A stretch of 64,000 nucleotides of DNA, taken from a bacterium. Its GTDB lineage: Bacteria > SM23-31. The stretch spans positions 192,001 through 256,000 of the forward strand of contig OZ252239.1 of NCBI GenBank assembly GCA_965249485.1, read 5' to 3'. This document shows, piece after piece, positions 11,217 through 21,716 of this stretch. Position numbers and translations under genes: made by a program. Each line of letters starts with the position of its first letter. Position 1 is the stretch's first letter. A model generated the notes under the pieces. That model did no database searches, was not told the origin of the DNA, and saw nothing but the letters and a program-made list of their open reading frames with translations.

Positions 11217-12785
11217 CTAATATTCTATTTTCGGATTGGCATCCACTTCTTGTTCCGCAAGAGGAAAATAAGGCCATGCACCCGGTAGATGCCAGATACC
11301 AAATCTGAATTGATCAGAGGTCCGAACAGATTTCAAAAACAGCTCTTTATCCCGTTCTTCGATAAGCAGACCGATTGGCCCGGTAACATCATATGCGCCA
11401 CCCTCGGGATTACTAAAGTTGGTCATGTCATCCATCGTCTTCGGATCAATATTATGGGAAGCGCGGACCGTGTTAATGTGGTCCAGTCCGGATTGAAGAT
11501 TTCCATCATAAATGTCAAGCTCAGCAAGAATGAGCTCCATTTCCTGCCATTCAATCAAATTCACATCATCTGACCTATCCAGATACTTATCCTGAGAGTA
11601 GGCTAATGGCAGGAGCGTTTCCTCTCCAAATTCATAGGGTACTGCCGGATCCCACAACTCGAGATCTGGCACAACCTCTCTCAGCTGAATCCGTTCTTGA
11701 GAGTTAGCCACGTTTGCCCGCGGATTCGCAGTCAACGAATGTCCACGCTCCCCAATCTCGCCTTCTGCACCAAGCTCTGAAAGACTAAAATTAAGAAGAG
11801 TCGGGTAAAGTGCAAGATCATCCGAGTCTATAGCGCTGATGATTTCTCCTTCTTTCCGGTCAGCCACAACGTATTTGGCAAACCGGGGAGCGACGTGCGT
11901 CTTGCTCTGAAAACGTTGAGCGCCTCTTCCCGTTTCAAAGTAGAATATGTTTACAGCATTTGCGCCAATTTTTAGAACGAACGGCGGATCGCCATCTATC
12001 AAGCCTTTTCCAGCAGCTTCGCGGGCCCCTGCAGGATCAACGACATTAGCCGCACCACCCATTCCACCGGTATAGTCATTAAGACGCAACCGCGCAAGCA
12101 ATGACCAGACAATCCTATCCGCATGGTCACCATCTACGATTCCATCTTTGTCTGTATACGGGTAGTCCACCGACAGTGCAAGCTCGTATTTTTCCTCTGC
12201 AAGCCCATGTAACTGGTTCGGCGTCAAAAAGTCGCCATATTCCTCTCCGGTAAAGGGGTCCGGGGAGATGACCGCACCGGGCTGGGACCCGTCTATTTTC
12301 AAACCAAACCACTCGGCGAGATACTGGCGCGATAATCCTCCCATTACATAACCCCACCAGAGAGCTTCATCACGCAGATCGTCACCAACGAGGCCTTCGG
12401 CATTCATCAACGACAATCGTTCTATCATCTGGTCTGCCGTGTTACGCATTTCCTGGACCCTGCCAAAAATTCTATTATATAAACCTATGTCTGCAGAACC
12501 TTCGGTCTGGTCCATAAACCTGGTTTCCTTAATGTCTCCCGGAACTCTCGAATCACCATAGGTTGCGTCTCCATGTGTCTCCGTTACGGGATGTTGATAC
12601 TCCCAGACCCTATAGAGAGCCCCTTTTACTCCATTGAGAAAGAATAACGTCTGTTCCGGAGAGTTGAGCCTTTCACCATCCACTATGTCTGAGAGCGGGT
12701 CCACATTCGCGACAAAATCACCGCACGATTGAAAGCTTACTACCAAAAATACGATGATCAATGGTATAAGATATCTGTTTTTCAT
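11217..12785 (-). CDS. SusD/RagB-like outer-membrane lipoprotein
   Basis: Lipobox (FQSC); EMELILAE, INTVRA and EERDKELF...R.SD..R motifs; directly downstream of the SusC-like gene. Confidence 0.75.
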   Translation of the reverse strand: MKNRYLIPLIIVFLVVSFQSCGDFVANVDPLSDIVDGERLNSPEQTLFFLNGVKGALYRVWEYQHPVTETHGDATYGDSRVPGDIKETRFMDQTEGSADIGLYNRIFGRVQEMRNTADQMIERLSLMNAEGLVGDDLRDEALWWGYVMGGLSRQYLAEWFGLKIDGSQPGAVISPDPFTGEEYGDFLTPNQLHGLAEEKYELALSVDYPYTDKDGIVDGDHADRIVWSLLARLRLNDYTGGMGGAANVVDPAGAREAAGKGLIDGDPPFVLKIGANAVNIFYFETGRGAQRFQSKTHVAPRFAKYVVADRKEGEIISAIDSDDLALYPTLLNFSLSELGAEGEIGERGHSLTANPRANVANSQERIQLREVVPDLELWDPAVPYEFGEETLLPLAYSQDKYLDRSDDVNLIEWQEMELILAELDIYDGNLQSGLDHINTVRASHNIDPKTMDDMTNFSNPEGGAYDVTGPIGLLIEERDKELFLKSVRTSDQFRFGIWHLPGAWPYFPLAEQEVDANPKIEY

Positions 12786-12815
12786 AGTTATAGTTCCTCT
12801 TATTACATTCAATTA

Positions 12816-15800
12816 TTATAGTGTAAACCGAATAAAAAATAATTGTGTTTGGGGTAAAGGAATGAATGTGCTGCCGGCAGCCGCTTCAGGAACATTTCCT
12901 GTAATATTCCTCATTGAGCCTTCAGCATCAAGAAGTCCCCTTCTATTAAACATGTTGTGGTTCATAGTCCAGAGATTGTTTCCGACATAACCGATCGTCA
13001 AGCTCTGGATATGTTTCTCTAACCCAAGCTTCGGGAGCAGTTTGCTCGCGTTATAACTGAAGCTCAGCTCACGAAGCTTTAAATAATCTCCCCGTGTAAG
13101 TTTATTACTTTCAGTCCAATTTTCTCCCCATGATCCCCACCAGTTTGCAAGGTCTATATATTCCGGGGTGCCCGGTGTCAATTCCTCAAAATGTCCTAAA
13201 CCGACATCCTGAAGTCCTAACATTTCCCGTATAGTGTCAGCTTGAAGATTGAGCGATCCATTCGGAGTATATGACGGATTGAGCGTGTCATTCATAAACC
13301 AGAAATTGTACTTCCATTCTAACATTGCGTACGCCGTGAATCCAAATGCGCTCAAGGTGCCGCTCTGGCTACCATACCATGGTGGAAACTCGTGCCCGAC
13401 GTCCACCCGCTCAGTGCTTACTAAAGCCCTTGAGAACTTTCCATCTTCATCAAATTCCGCACCAATACCCTTGAAGGTATGAATAAAACCCCTTGGATAG
13501 CCTTCCTCAATTGCAAAAGCGCCATGGTTATAATATGGGGCACCACCTCCCAGGTCCACCACTTCATTATCCATCCAGTTGGTGACATTGGACAAGTTGA
13601 AAGACCAACCGCCAAAGTGCCTGCCGCTAAAGTAAACCTGAACCAATGATTCAATTCCCTGTCCCTTAATCCTGCCAATATTGTCACTGAAAGCCTTATT
13701 TTCATAGCCCGCTGATGGCGCTTTCGTCCTACCATAAATTGAATCCGTTGCATTCTGCCGGTAGTATGAAAAATCAACTGAAAGGAAATTATTGTATTCT
13801 GCCTCTATGCCGAATTCCCATTCACTAACCCGTTCGGGCTTAATAGAGGGATTACCGACTCCACTTATTCTGGCGCCAACTCCATACCCGGTGGTCGTTG
13901 TTCCAAACAACTGAGGTATTGCGGCCGTTCTTGTCGGCAGGATGCCCGTTTCGCCGTACCCGGCGCGAAGTTTCAGCATTCCAAAGGCTTCAGGGACCGC
14001 TTCGAACCGGTCAAGACGAACCGCACCGCTGAACCGCGGATAATAGATAGATTGATGACCCTTTTTCAATACACTCGTGTAATCCCTCCGAAACATCGCA
14101 GACCAAAAATAGGTATCATCATACGAAAAGGAATGTTCGGTGAAAATGCCGGCTTTTCTTGAATGGTTGTTTGTTTCATCTATCCGCTCGAATTCACCTC
14201 CTGCGCCGACCGTTATGATCAGTGGTGTCACGAAATTCGACTTATATGCCTGGAGAAAATTGGACCTGGTTTCATAGATCTGCGTTCCGGCATTAGCCGA
14301 TGCGTCTATGCCGAGAAAACTATAATCATACCGCACATCCCCGGTATAGGTGAGATCCGAGTTGTAGGTCCGTCTCAGCTCTCTATCTCCAGGAATGCCT
14401 AGACTGGCATCAGGAGCATTAGTCCATTCGTCCCAATCATGACGTTCCATAACACCAAAAGTCATCCTTCCCGACAGCCCCCTCAACCATCTGTTACCAC
14501 CCAGGAACGGTCGATACTCAGTGGTGACCGAGCCGGTGAATTGATTGGCATTGAAATTAATTTGTTCCAAATCAGCACGTGCTCTTTCCTCCTCTGTTAC
14601 ATAACCATCTAAACGAAACGCAGCTGTTCGAAACAATCTGCCAGGATTATACTCAATTTGGTCCCTGAAATACCCTGCGCTAACAGCGAAGTTAACCTTC
14701 TCATGCGGATTTATATCAAAGTTCATCCGGAAATTTGACCTGTCTTCCTGGCTGGAAGGGATATGATAATTCTCAAGGGCTTTGTCCATCGATGCATAGT
14801 ACCGGAAAGCTGACGTTCCACCAGAGAAATTCAAATTATTCCTCTCGATTGGACCATTCCTGAAAAAACTATTTATCTCCGGGGCAGACCTTCTATGCCA
14901 CTCAGTAAACTTGTAAGCCTGTTGATTCCAGCCATAGGTCCCTTTGTAGCCAATCGTCCAGTTTTTGCCGGTCTCAGTACCTATTTTGCCTCTTTTTGTG
15001 GTAATAAGAACAACACCATTGGAACCATCGGTCCCGTATGCTGACGCCCCGGCCGGGCCCTTGAGGATTTCGATTGTTTCTATCTCCTCCGGCTGAAGAA
15101 AATTGAGTGAGGTCACTCCAATGCGCCGGCTTCTACCTCTCCGTTGTCCGATAATCCTCTGTTCCATACGAACACCATCAACAATAATGAGCGGCTGGGA
15201 ATCTCCGTGCAATCCACCTCCGGACCGTATCTGAAACCGGAACGGCGCACCAATGCCTCCGCCTGCAGCATGCATAGTCACCCCGGGAGACTTCCCTAAG
15301 ACCATCGACGATAAACTCGTTAAAGCCACTTTATCAGCAAGTTCTCCCACGTTAATACGAGAAACAGCAACCTCAGCTATCGCTTTTGATGTTCGGGAAG
15401 CAATTCCGGTCACAACGATCTCATCCAATCCGAATGGGTCAAGTGCCAGTTCGAAATTCAGGTTTGAGACGTTATCGCCGGGAGAGAGATCCAGCTCAGC
15501 GGTATGATAACCGACAAAGCTTACAACAAGAGTATAATCCTCGGTTGGACTATACATGAACGAGAAGTTTCCGTCAACATCCGTAGCAGCACCGACCATT
15601 ATACCCTCGACAAGCACATTCGCACCGATCAGCGGGTCTCCGGTTTCGGCATCCGTGATAATCCCGCTGTGTTCCTGTTGTACTGGAACCTGTTCCTCAG
15701 GAGCCGACGGTCCTTCACTAGTTTCAGCTTTTTTCAACGGAGTTATAGCAATCAGTCCTCCTTTTGAAATAGTTATCTCAGCCTCAACATTTTTCAGAAC

Positions 15801-16103
15801 ACTTATCAATGCCTCAACCGCAGGTACATTAGACACCGTTAAAGATACTGTTTTATCAACCGGAATGTGGCTCCCGCTAAAGTTCAAAGAGAAATTCCCC
15901 TCATCTGCAATGTCTGTCAGTGCACTTTCCAATGAAACATTGACAAGATCGACGGACACAGGATTAAGCAGTGATTCCGGTATCAGCTTCCCTGTTTCCC
16001 CGATTGCCTGTGCAAGAGAATTGATCTGGGCAATTAGGGAAACATTCAAAACAAGGGTTAAGCTGAATATGACACAAAAAGCAATCCGATTTTTTAAATG
16101 CAT
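12816..16103 (-). CDS. SusC/RagA-like TonB-dependent transporter with N-terminal STN signalling domain
   Basis: STN-like and carboxypeptidase-regulatory-like domains; plug motif IETIEILKGPAGASAYG...NGVVLITTKRG; GNPSIKPE; C-terminal beta-strand. Confidence 0.9.
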   Translation of the reverse strand: MHLKNRIAFCVIFSLTLVLNVSLIAQINSLAQAIGETGKLIPESLLNPVSVDLVNVSLESALTDIADEGNFSLNFSGSHIPVDKTVSLTVSNVPAVEALISVLKNVEAEITISKGGLIAITPLKKAETSEGPSAPEEQVPVQQEHSGIITDAETGDPLIGANVLVEGIMVGAATDVDGNFSFMYSPTEDYTLVVSFVGYHTAELDLSPGDNVSNLNFELALDPFGLDEIVVTGIASRTSKAIAEVAVSRINVGELADKVALTSLSSMVLGKSPGVTMHAAGGGIGAPFRFQIRSGGGLHGDSQPLIIVDGVRMEQRIIGQRRGRSRRIGVTSLNFLQPEEIETIEILKGPAGASAYGTDGSNGVVLITTKRGKIGTETGKNWTIGYKGTYGWNQQAYKFTEWHRRSAPEINSFFRNGPIERNNLNFSGGTSAFRYYASMDKALENYHIPSSQEDRSNFRMNFDINPHEKVNFAVSAGYFRDQIEYNPGRLFRTAAFRLDGYVTEEERARADLEQINFNANQFTGSVTTEYRPFLGGNRWLRGLSGRMTFGVMERHDWDEWTNAPDASLGIPGDRELRRTYNSDLTYTGDVRYDYSFLGIDASANAGTQIYETRSNFLQAYKSNFVTPLIITVGAGGEFERIDETNNHSRKAGIFTEHSFSYDDTYFWSAMFRRDYTSVLKKGHQSIYYPRFSGAVRLDRFEAVPEAFGMLKLRAGYGETGILPTRTAAIPQLFGTTTTGYGVGARISGVGNPSIKPERVSEWEFGIEAEYNNFLSVDFSYYRQNATDSIYGRTKAPSAGYENKAFSDNIGRIKGQGIESLVQVYFSGRHFGGWSFNLSNVTNWMDNEVVDLGGGAPYYNHGAFAIEEGYPRGFIHTFKGIGAEFDEDGKFSRALVSTERVDVGHEFPPWYGSQSGTLSAFGFTAYAMLEWKYNFWFMNDTLNPSYTPNGSLNLQADTIREMLGLQDVGLGHFEELTPGTPEYIDLANWWGSWGENWTESNKLTRGDYLKLRELSFSYNASKLLPKLGLEKHIQSLTIGYVGNNLWTMNHNMFNRRGLLDAEGSMRNITGNVPEAAAGSTFIPLPQTQLFFIRFTL

Positions 16104-16138
16104 ATACACCTCCTGCTGTTTAGTTCCTTAGTTACTAA

Positions 16139-17134
16139 TTAAGCATTTCGGAGAACAACGATTGTTCTGCCAGTCCGTTCGTACTGCAAATCCAATATTA
16201 ATGCTATCGTTTCTATAATATCATCAACAGGTTTATTTTTTATATGAACCGTTATAAGATCTGATGCGATCGAATTGTCGGTGAGAAAAAATCTGAGATT
16301 GTACCATCGTTCCAACTGATACAACACTACATGTAAAGGTGCATCATCAAAAACTATCTCATAGTTGAGCCAGGAAAGATGTTGTGCTATGTCTATCTGA
16401 CGTGGTAGAGAAGGTTTAGCATTTCTACGCAGAATACTCAGCTGCCCTTTCGGGATGATAACTGCATCTTTATCAGTATCTGTTATAGAACGTACTGCAA
16501 CCCTCCCATCAGATACAGCAACCTTAACCTCATGATTCTGGAGCCAGGCTCTTACATTAAACTTGGTACCCAGAACCCTGTTTATTGCGTCATTCGTTTG
16601 GACAACAAACGGCTTTTGCGGGTCAGATGTAACTTCACAGTATCCTTCACCCTGAAGAAAAACCTCCCGGGTTTCCCCACTGAATCTTTGAGGATATTTG
16701 AAAACACTCCCTGCGTCCTGGGTTACGTGGGTACCGTCACGTAAGGTAAGTTTTGCCTGATTTCCACTTTCAACCACGATCTCTTCCATCCCATAAACTT
16801 GCTGGGCTGGTGCATCGGATCTTACTTCAAAAACCTTTGTTAAAAAATAAGAACCCGAAGTGATGAAAATAAGGACAGCAGCAACCATCAAACATCACAA
16901 GACAATATGAAGATCGCCTCATGAATGAATTTTTATTTGGTTGTTCAACTGAAAGTGGATTCTTCCCAGAATTCAACTGTCTTATTTTTGAATTAAATTT
17001 TGCACTTTCTTTCACTTCGTTCAATGCCTTTTCTGTATCAAACGTCATGTACCTGTGATTTTGAGGAATTCCAGATTTTTTCCAGAAGGTGTACCAAATC
17101 GCACTAACAAATTCCAATCAATACCATTATTCAT
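16139..17134 (-). pseudogene. FecR-family anti-sigma factor, disrupted
   Basis: FecR motifs (LRDGT.V, REVFLQGE, VLGTKFNV, LERWYN); the N-terminus MNNGIDWNLLVRF (ATG 17134) is out of frame and looks internally deleted; a second frame change lies near 16895. Confidence 0.7.
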
Positions 17135-17166
17135 ATTTTCGCTGTCTTTCCATTTGTTTCAGTCAT

Positions 17167-17216
17167 TTCCGCAGTTCTCCGCCTGTGCCATGGTGTACAG
17201 GCGGAGAACTGCGGAA
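17167..17216. repeat. Perfect 20-bp inverted repeat with a 10-nt loop
   Basis: TTCCGCAGTTCTCCGCCTGT-gccatggtgt-ACAGGCGGAGAACTGCGGAA. Confidence 0.9.
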
Positions 17217-17330
17217 CACACCAGGAGTAAAGATTGCACCTAAGGAACTGTGTTAATATGACGATTGAAAACACATTTTCAGTGACAAAAAAATTCAAAT
17301 CGCAGAAAAAATATTAGGATTATTAAGGAT

Positions 17331-17921
17331 TTATAGAGGAAATATGGGAAAGAATTGGGAAAGATGTTTTCGAAGGTATTTAAAAGCACGAGCCATCTGG
17401 GTTTGCACTGTGTTGATAGAAATACCCAAAATATCTGCAATTTCTGCATAGGATAATTCATCGTTTTTCTTCATTTTAAAAATTTGGCGGCACTGTTTCG
17501 GAAGCTCTTCGATTGTCTTGTGAACTGCTGTTATGATCTCCTTGTCATTCAATTCATCTTCAGGTGTTTTTATCAAACTTTCATGCGTTGCTATATCCAA
17601 ATCAATGGCACTTGCGGCCTTTGTACTTTTTATGTAGTCTAATGCTCGATTTTTTACAGCAATATATAAATACGATTTCACGTTTGAAGAAATATGCCAT
17701 GTCTCATGGTTCAGCCAAATTTTAAGAAAGACATCCTGCACAATGTTTTCTGCAATTTGTGTGTCTTTTACATAACGCAAAACATAACTGCACAGTAATT
17801 CATAATATCTTCTAAACAGGTTGTCAAATGCAGATGAATCCCCGGCACGGATTTTTCTTGCCCATACCGAATCGGTACTATTCCATTCAGAATTTCTTTT
17901 AAATAATTTTCTGTTACTCAT
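17331..17921 (-). CDS. ECF sigma-70 factor (FecI-like)
   Basis: Region 2 (AENIVQDVFLKIW) and region 4 HTH (LSYAEIADILGISINTV); upstream of fecR-susC-susD. Confidence 0.9.
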   Translation of the reverse strand: MSNRKLFKRNSEWNSTDSVWARKIRAGDSSAFDNLFRRYYELLCSYVLRYVKDTQIAENIVQDVFLKIWLNHETWHISSNVKSYLYIAVKNRALDYIKSTKAASAIDLDIATHESLIKTPEDELNDKEIITAVHKTIEELPKQCRQIFKMKKNDELSYAEIADILGISINTVQTQMARAFKYLRKHLSQFFPIFPL

Positions 17922-17991
17922 CAGCCAATAATAACCGACAAAATAAATTCAAACGGTTAAACGCTGGGAAAAGCAGGATACTGCATAACAT

Positions 17992-18024
17992 AAAAAACCG
18001 CTTTACCCATCGTAAGGCGGTTTA
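17992..18024 (-). terminator. Intrinsic terminator-like hairpin upstream of the ECF sigma gene
   Basis: AAACCGCTTTAC-ccatc-GTAAGGCGGTTT with a T run on the minus strand. Confidence 0.5.
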
Positions 18025-18472
18025 TTGAAATCTACTAATTTCAGAATCGAATTCGGTTTCTTAAACTTGTACTACACCGGTCAGATTTAAAGGATTATTT
18101 TCAGGATCACTAGGCCGTAAACCACCTCTGCGGAATGCTACTTTAGAAATGTTATTGGGTGTATCCTTAATACATTCAACAATATGATATATTCAAATTT
18201 GATTTTTCGTGTCAGATTTCCAAGTCTTTTTTTCACCTCCCTCCATAAACCACCTTTCCCGACAACTCTCCTCCAGGATATACATAGATAAAAATTCAAA
18301 CTTTATCTGCCTGTAAGGACAATATTGGACGGATTTAATGTTTTTGAACTGGAGTTAAACTTTGAAAATGTGATCGAATTTTGTGTTTGGAAGGAATAAA
18401 TTATTTCACATTTTTTCTCTAATAAAGAATTTCAAATAATTCAAATATAATGTAATTTATCTCAAAATGAAC

Positions 18473-18614
18473 GACCATGTGATTGGCCCTCACAAGGTCT
18501 TGCTTTAATAGCAACAATTACGCTAACTGTAAATCTAATAATAACAACAATATAAAATTTTAACTTATTTGAGGAAGGCACACTCTTATTTACAAATGTG
18601 TCAATTCGTGTCAA
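18473..18614. repeat. att-like site A (core palindrome, IHF-like box, tandem arm repeats)
   Basis: GACCATGTGA-N7-TCACAAGGTC, then TGTGTCAA-TT-CGTGTCAA; ungapped match to site B, 104 of 141 identical by hand count. Confidence 0.7.
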
Positions 18615-18690
18615 TTACTTCTAAAAAGTGAAAGTTAACTTAAAATTAGCGTGAGATTGTATAACTATTTTTCTACCTAACGCAAGGAGC

Positions 18691-18719
18691 TTGACATTCC
18701 TAGAATTTCAATATATATT
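18691..18719 (+). promoter_or_regulatory. Sigma70-like promoter
   Basis: TTGACA-17 nt-TATATT, 45 bp before the ATG at 18764. Confidence 0.55.
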
Positions 18720-18763
18720 GATCTTACTAATCTTAACAATTCTAACATAAATATAAGAACTAT

Positions 18764-19324
18764 ATGAATCAAGAAGTTTTTACTCCAAACCAAGCTGCAA
18801 AAATCTGCAAGACAAGTTTTATGTCGGTACATAGATGGATTGATGCGGGAAAACTCAAATCTTATAAGACACCGGGTGGACATAACAGAATAGTGAAGGA
18901 TGATCTTATAGATTTCATGAAGGAAAACAATATACCTTTCATAGACGATATTGTTCGGAAAAGATATAAGGTGATGATTATTGATGATGATCCAGAGATT
19001 TGTGAATTATTGTCAAAAGAACTAAGATCAACCCGTTATAATATAGACGTATCAGTAGCATGCAATGGATTTGAGGCTGGCTCTCTTATAACGCGAATAG
19101 TCCCGGATGTAATATTACTCGACTTAATGATGCCTGGGATAGATGGTTTTGATGTTTGTAAGCTCATAAAGGGAAATCCCGATACTAAACATATTAAAGT
19201 GGTTATTATTACCGGTTATGGGAATGATGAAAATGTCGAAAAAGCTATGGCTGCAGGAGCCGAAAGAGTCCTTTTCAAACCTGTTAACCTTGGAATAATT
19301 CTTCAAGAAATATTAGTTTATTAA
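18764..19324 (+). CDS. Response regulator with N-terminal excisionase-like HTH and C-terminal receiver domain
   Basis: FTPNQAAKIC...WIDAGKL...TPGGHNRI HTH; IIDDD, LLDLMMPGIDG, ITG and KP receiver motifs. Confidence 0.85.
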   Translation: MNQEVFTPNQAAKICKTSFMSVHRWIDAGKLKSYKTPGGHNRIVKDDLIDFMKENNIPFIDDIVRKRYKVMIIDDDPEICELLSKELRSTRYNIDVSVACNGFEAGSLITRIVPDVILLDLMMPGIDGFDVCKLIKGNPDTKHIKVVIITGYGNDENVEKAMAAGAERVLFKPVNLGIILQEILVY

Positions 19325-19509
19325 TCTTTGTCCTCATTTTACTATCACTGATTCAGAGGTCCTCTAAACACCTAAATTATATCAATTGCAATCTGTAATA
19401 GATTTTCCCCTATAAATTAGAAATTTTTAATTTTCTACGTTAAACACATAATAGGTATATATAATATCTATAATTTGAGACACTTTTTATCATTTGGTAT
19501 CCTCTCTAT

Positions 19510-20992
19510 TTGTGTACTGAAAAGAAAAAGTATCAGGAAATGCTGATTATTGAAGGATATGAGGTGTTTGGAGCAGGATCAATTCAAAAAGAATCGCCAT
19601 TAAATGTTCAAGAACCAGCAGCAAAACGTTATCCATTTACTACATTTGACAGCTATAGTTTTTTAATACCTGGAGCAATTGTTCTTTTATGCATATTTTT
19701 ATTTGAACATTGGGCAATGCAAACTATTCCAATCCAAACAGTATCTGATAAGCAGCACATAAGCCAAACAGTTATATCAGACTCAATCATTGTTTCCAGT
19801 CTGATTACGATTCAATTAACAGGTATCGACACAACTCAAAATGTTGGTCAGGTAACAGTTCCGATAGTATTACCAGACTCTATAACCCAAATCGCTGCAT
19901 ATGATAAAGGCAGTGTCTTTCATACACCGTTATATACTGGACTAGTAAATACCTTCCCTTCTTCTAAACCTATGAGCTGGATATTATCGATTACATATGT
20001 AATCGCCTTTCTTATTATAGCGTATGTGACAGGGCATTGTGTCGCATCAATTGCAAGCTTAGTACTTAACAGAATGTTAGTTGCTAAAGGATATGGTTAT
20101 CCAATTCAGACATTGCTTAAAATTAATTTTAGGAAACTCGAAGAATTACAATATAAAAAAAAGTACTATAGAGGAATGATTAGTTTTTTAAACATTTTGT
20201 TTATTTTGTTGTATGTAAATTTCGTCATTTATAATTCACCATTTGGCTATCCAGATGATTTTTTAGAATATCTTATATATATCCTATGTGCAATCATTTT
20301 AGTCGTTAACCTCTTAAAATATATAAATGAGTTTTATCGAAGTATCAAAATTAAATCCGAAGAGAAATTGAAAAAAAGAAAAAAAGAATTAAGAGAAAGA
20401 GATAAGAGATTAAAAGAGAGGTATAAGGATTTATTGGATGAATTGTCTAAAGAATCATTTGAAAGAGATAAGGAATTATTTGAAGAAAGGGCTAAGGAAT
20501 TTATAGAAATAAAATGGATGTCAAAAATAATAGAATATTCTGCGATTTTATATGATATATATTCATCCCAACTTGCAAAGTTTTATAGTACAAAGAAACT
20601 ATTCTGTACCGAATTTAGAGATAAATATAAATATTATTTTTATAAAAATTTTGGAATTGAAGCTGAACACGCAGATAATAATAATTATTGGGCTTATCTT
20701 TAATGTTTTTGTTCGAAACTTGTCTACAGCATTTTATGTGTCTTTTACTTATTGTTTTATTACCGTATGGATTCAGAGTGATTTAATTTCAAATTTGAAA
20801 GGAACTGAGGCGGGAATTTTATTTAGTTTGCCTCTTGTTTATTTTTCATTATCTATCTTATTACTCAATAGATTTTATTATTTATATATTTATTTTAATA
20901 AGTATCTTTATAGGGCATTTGTTTACTTAAATTGTACTACTGATTATAATATGATTCCCCAAACACAAAAAATCACTGGAAACAACAAATAA
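19510..20992 (+). pseudogene. AT-rich multi-pass membrane protein of unknown function, split near 20700
   Basis: ORFs 19510-20703 and 20552-20992 overlap; several hydrophobic helices and a Lys/Glu-rich coiled segment. Confidence 0.5.
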
Positions 20993-21161
20993 ATATTATT
21001 CTCTCAAAAATTAATACACTTGGGACATAATAAATATTAATATAATATTATTAAATTTCTTATCAATAGAGGAATTTTCATGCTTGTACATCGTAATTTT
21101 TTATATATGCAAGGCACATAAAATACTTTTATACAACAATAAGAAAACTAATTGTAATACC

Positions 21162-21303
21162 CACCATATGACTGGCTCTCACATGGTCTTACTGAGAAGG
21201 TGATAAATATATTGGCCGTAAATCAATTAATAACAATAATATAGATTTATTACATAATTAAGGAGGGAATAATATTATTTACAAATGTGTCAATATGTGT
21301 CAA
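21162..21303. repeat. att-like site B
   Basis: CACCATATGA-N7-TCACATGGTC, AAATCAATTAATAA (IHF-like) and TGTGTCAATATGTGTCAA; the arm part is the exact 17-bp reverse complement of 25076-25092. Confidence 0.7.
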
Positions 21304-21716
21304 ATCAATTGAGATCTATTGGTTGAATCAGCGACGTGACATATACTTATTTTTATTAGAGTGCCTGATTTATTCTTATTGTATGCTATCTCTGAAAAAT
21401 TAATGAACATACTCTGTTTAAGACAGAGTTATCCACATAATTACATGAGTTATTAAAAAACAATTAACAGCTTATTAAATTCACTGAAAAATTTTTCAAA
21501 TTCTTAAAAATCTTGTTGACTTTAGATATAATATTCTGTTTCATCAAATTGAATAAGAAATAGGAAATGTCTACATTGCAAAAAGAGATCAAAAGGTTTC
21601 ATATTTCATGCTATTGAGATTTTTAAAGAAAAAGGCATTTAGAAAGAAAATATACAAGAAAAATATCAGATAAATAACAATTGTACCTATCAAGTATGAT
21701 GGAATTAGAATTGAAT

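Noticed and set aside
18030..18250. Possible riboswitch or leader peptide upstream of the ECF sigma gene
   Set aside because: A terminator-like hairpin is present but no recognisable aptamer; the short ORFs lack support
19351..19380. Fourth copy of the 46-bp upstream motif
   Set aside because: Needs a gap, matches weakly and is not upstream of a minus-strand gene
21429..21437. DnaA box TTATCCACA
   Set aside because: Single copy; the same 9-mer also occurs inside coding sequence in this window
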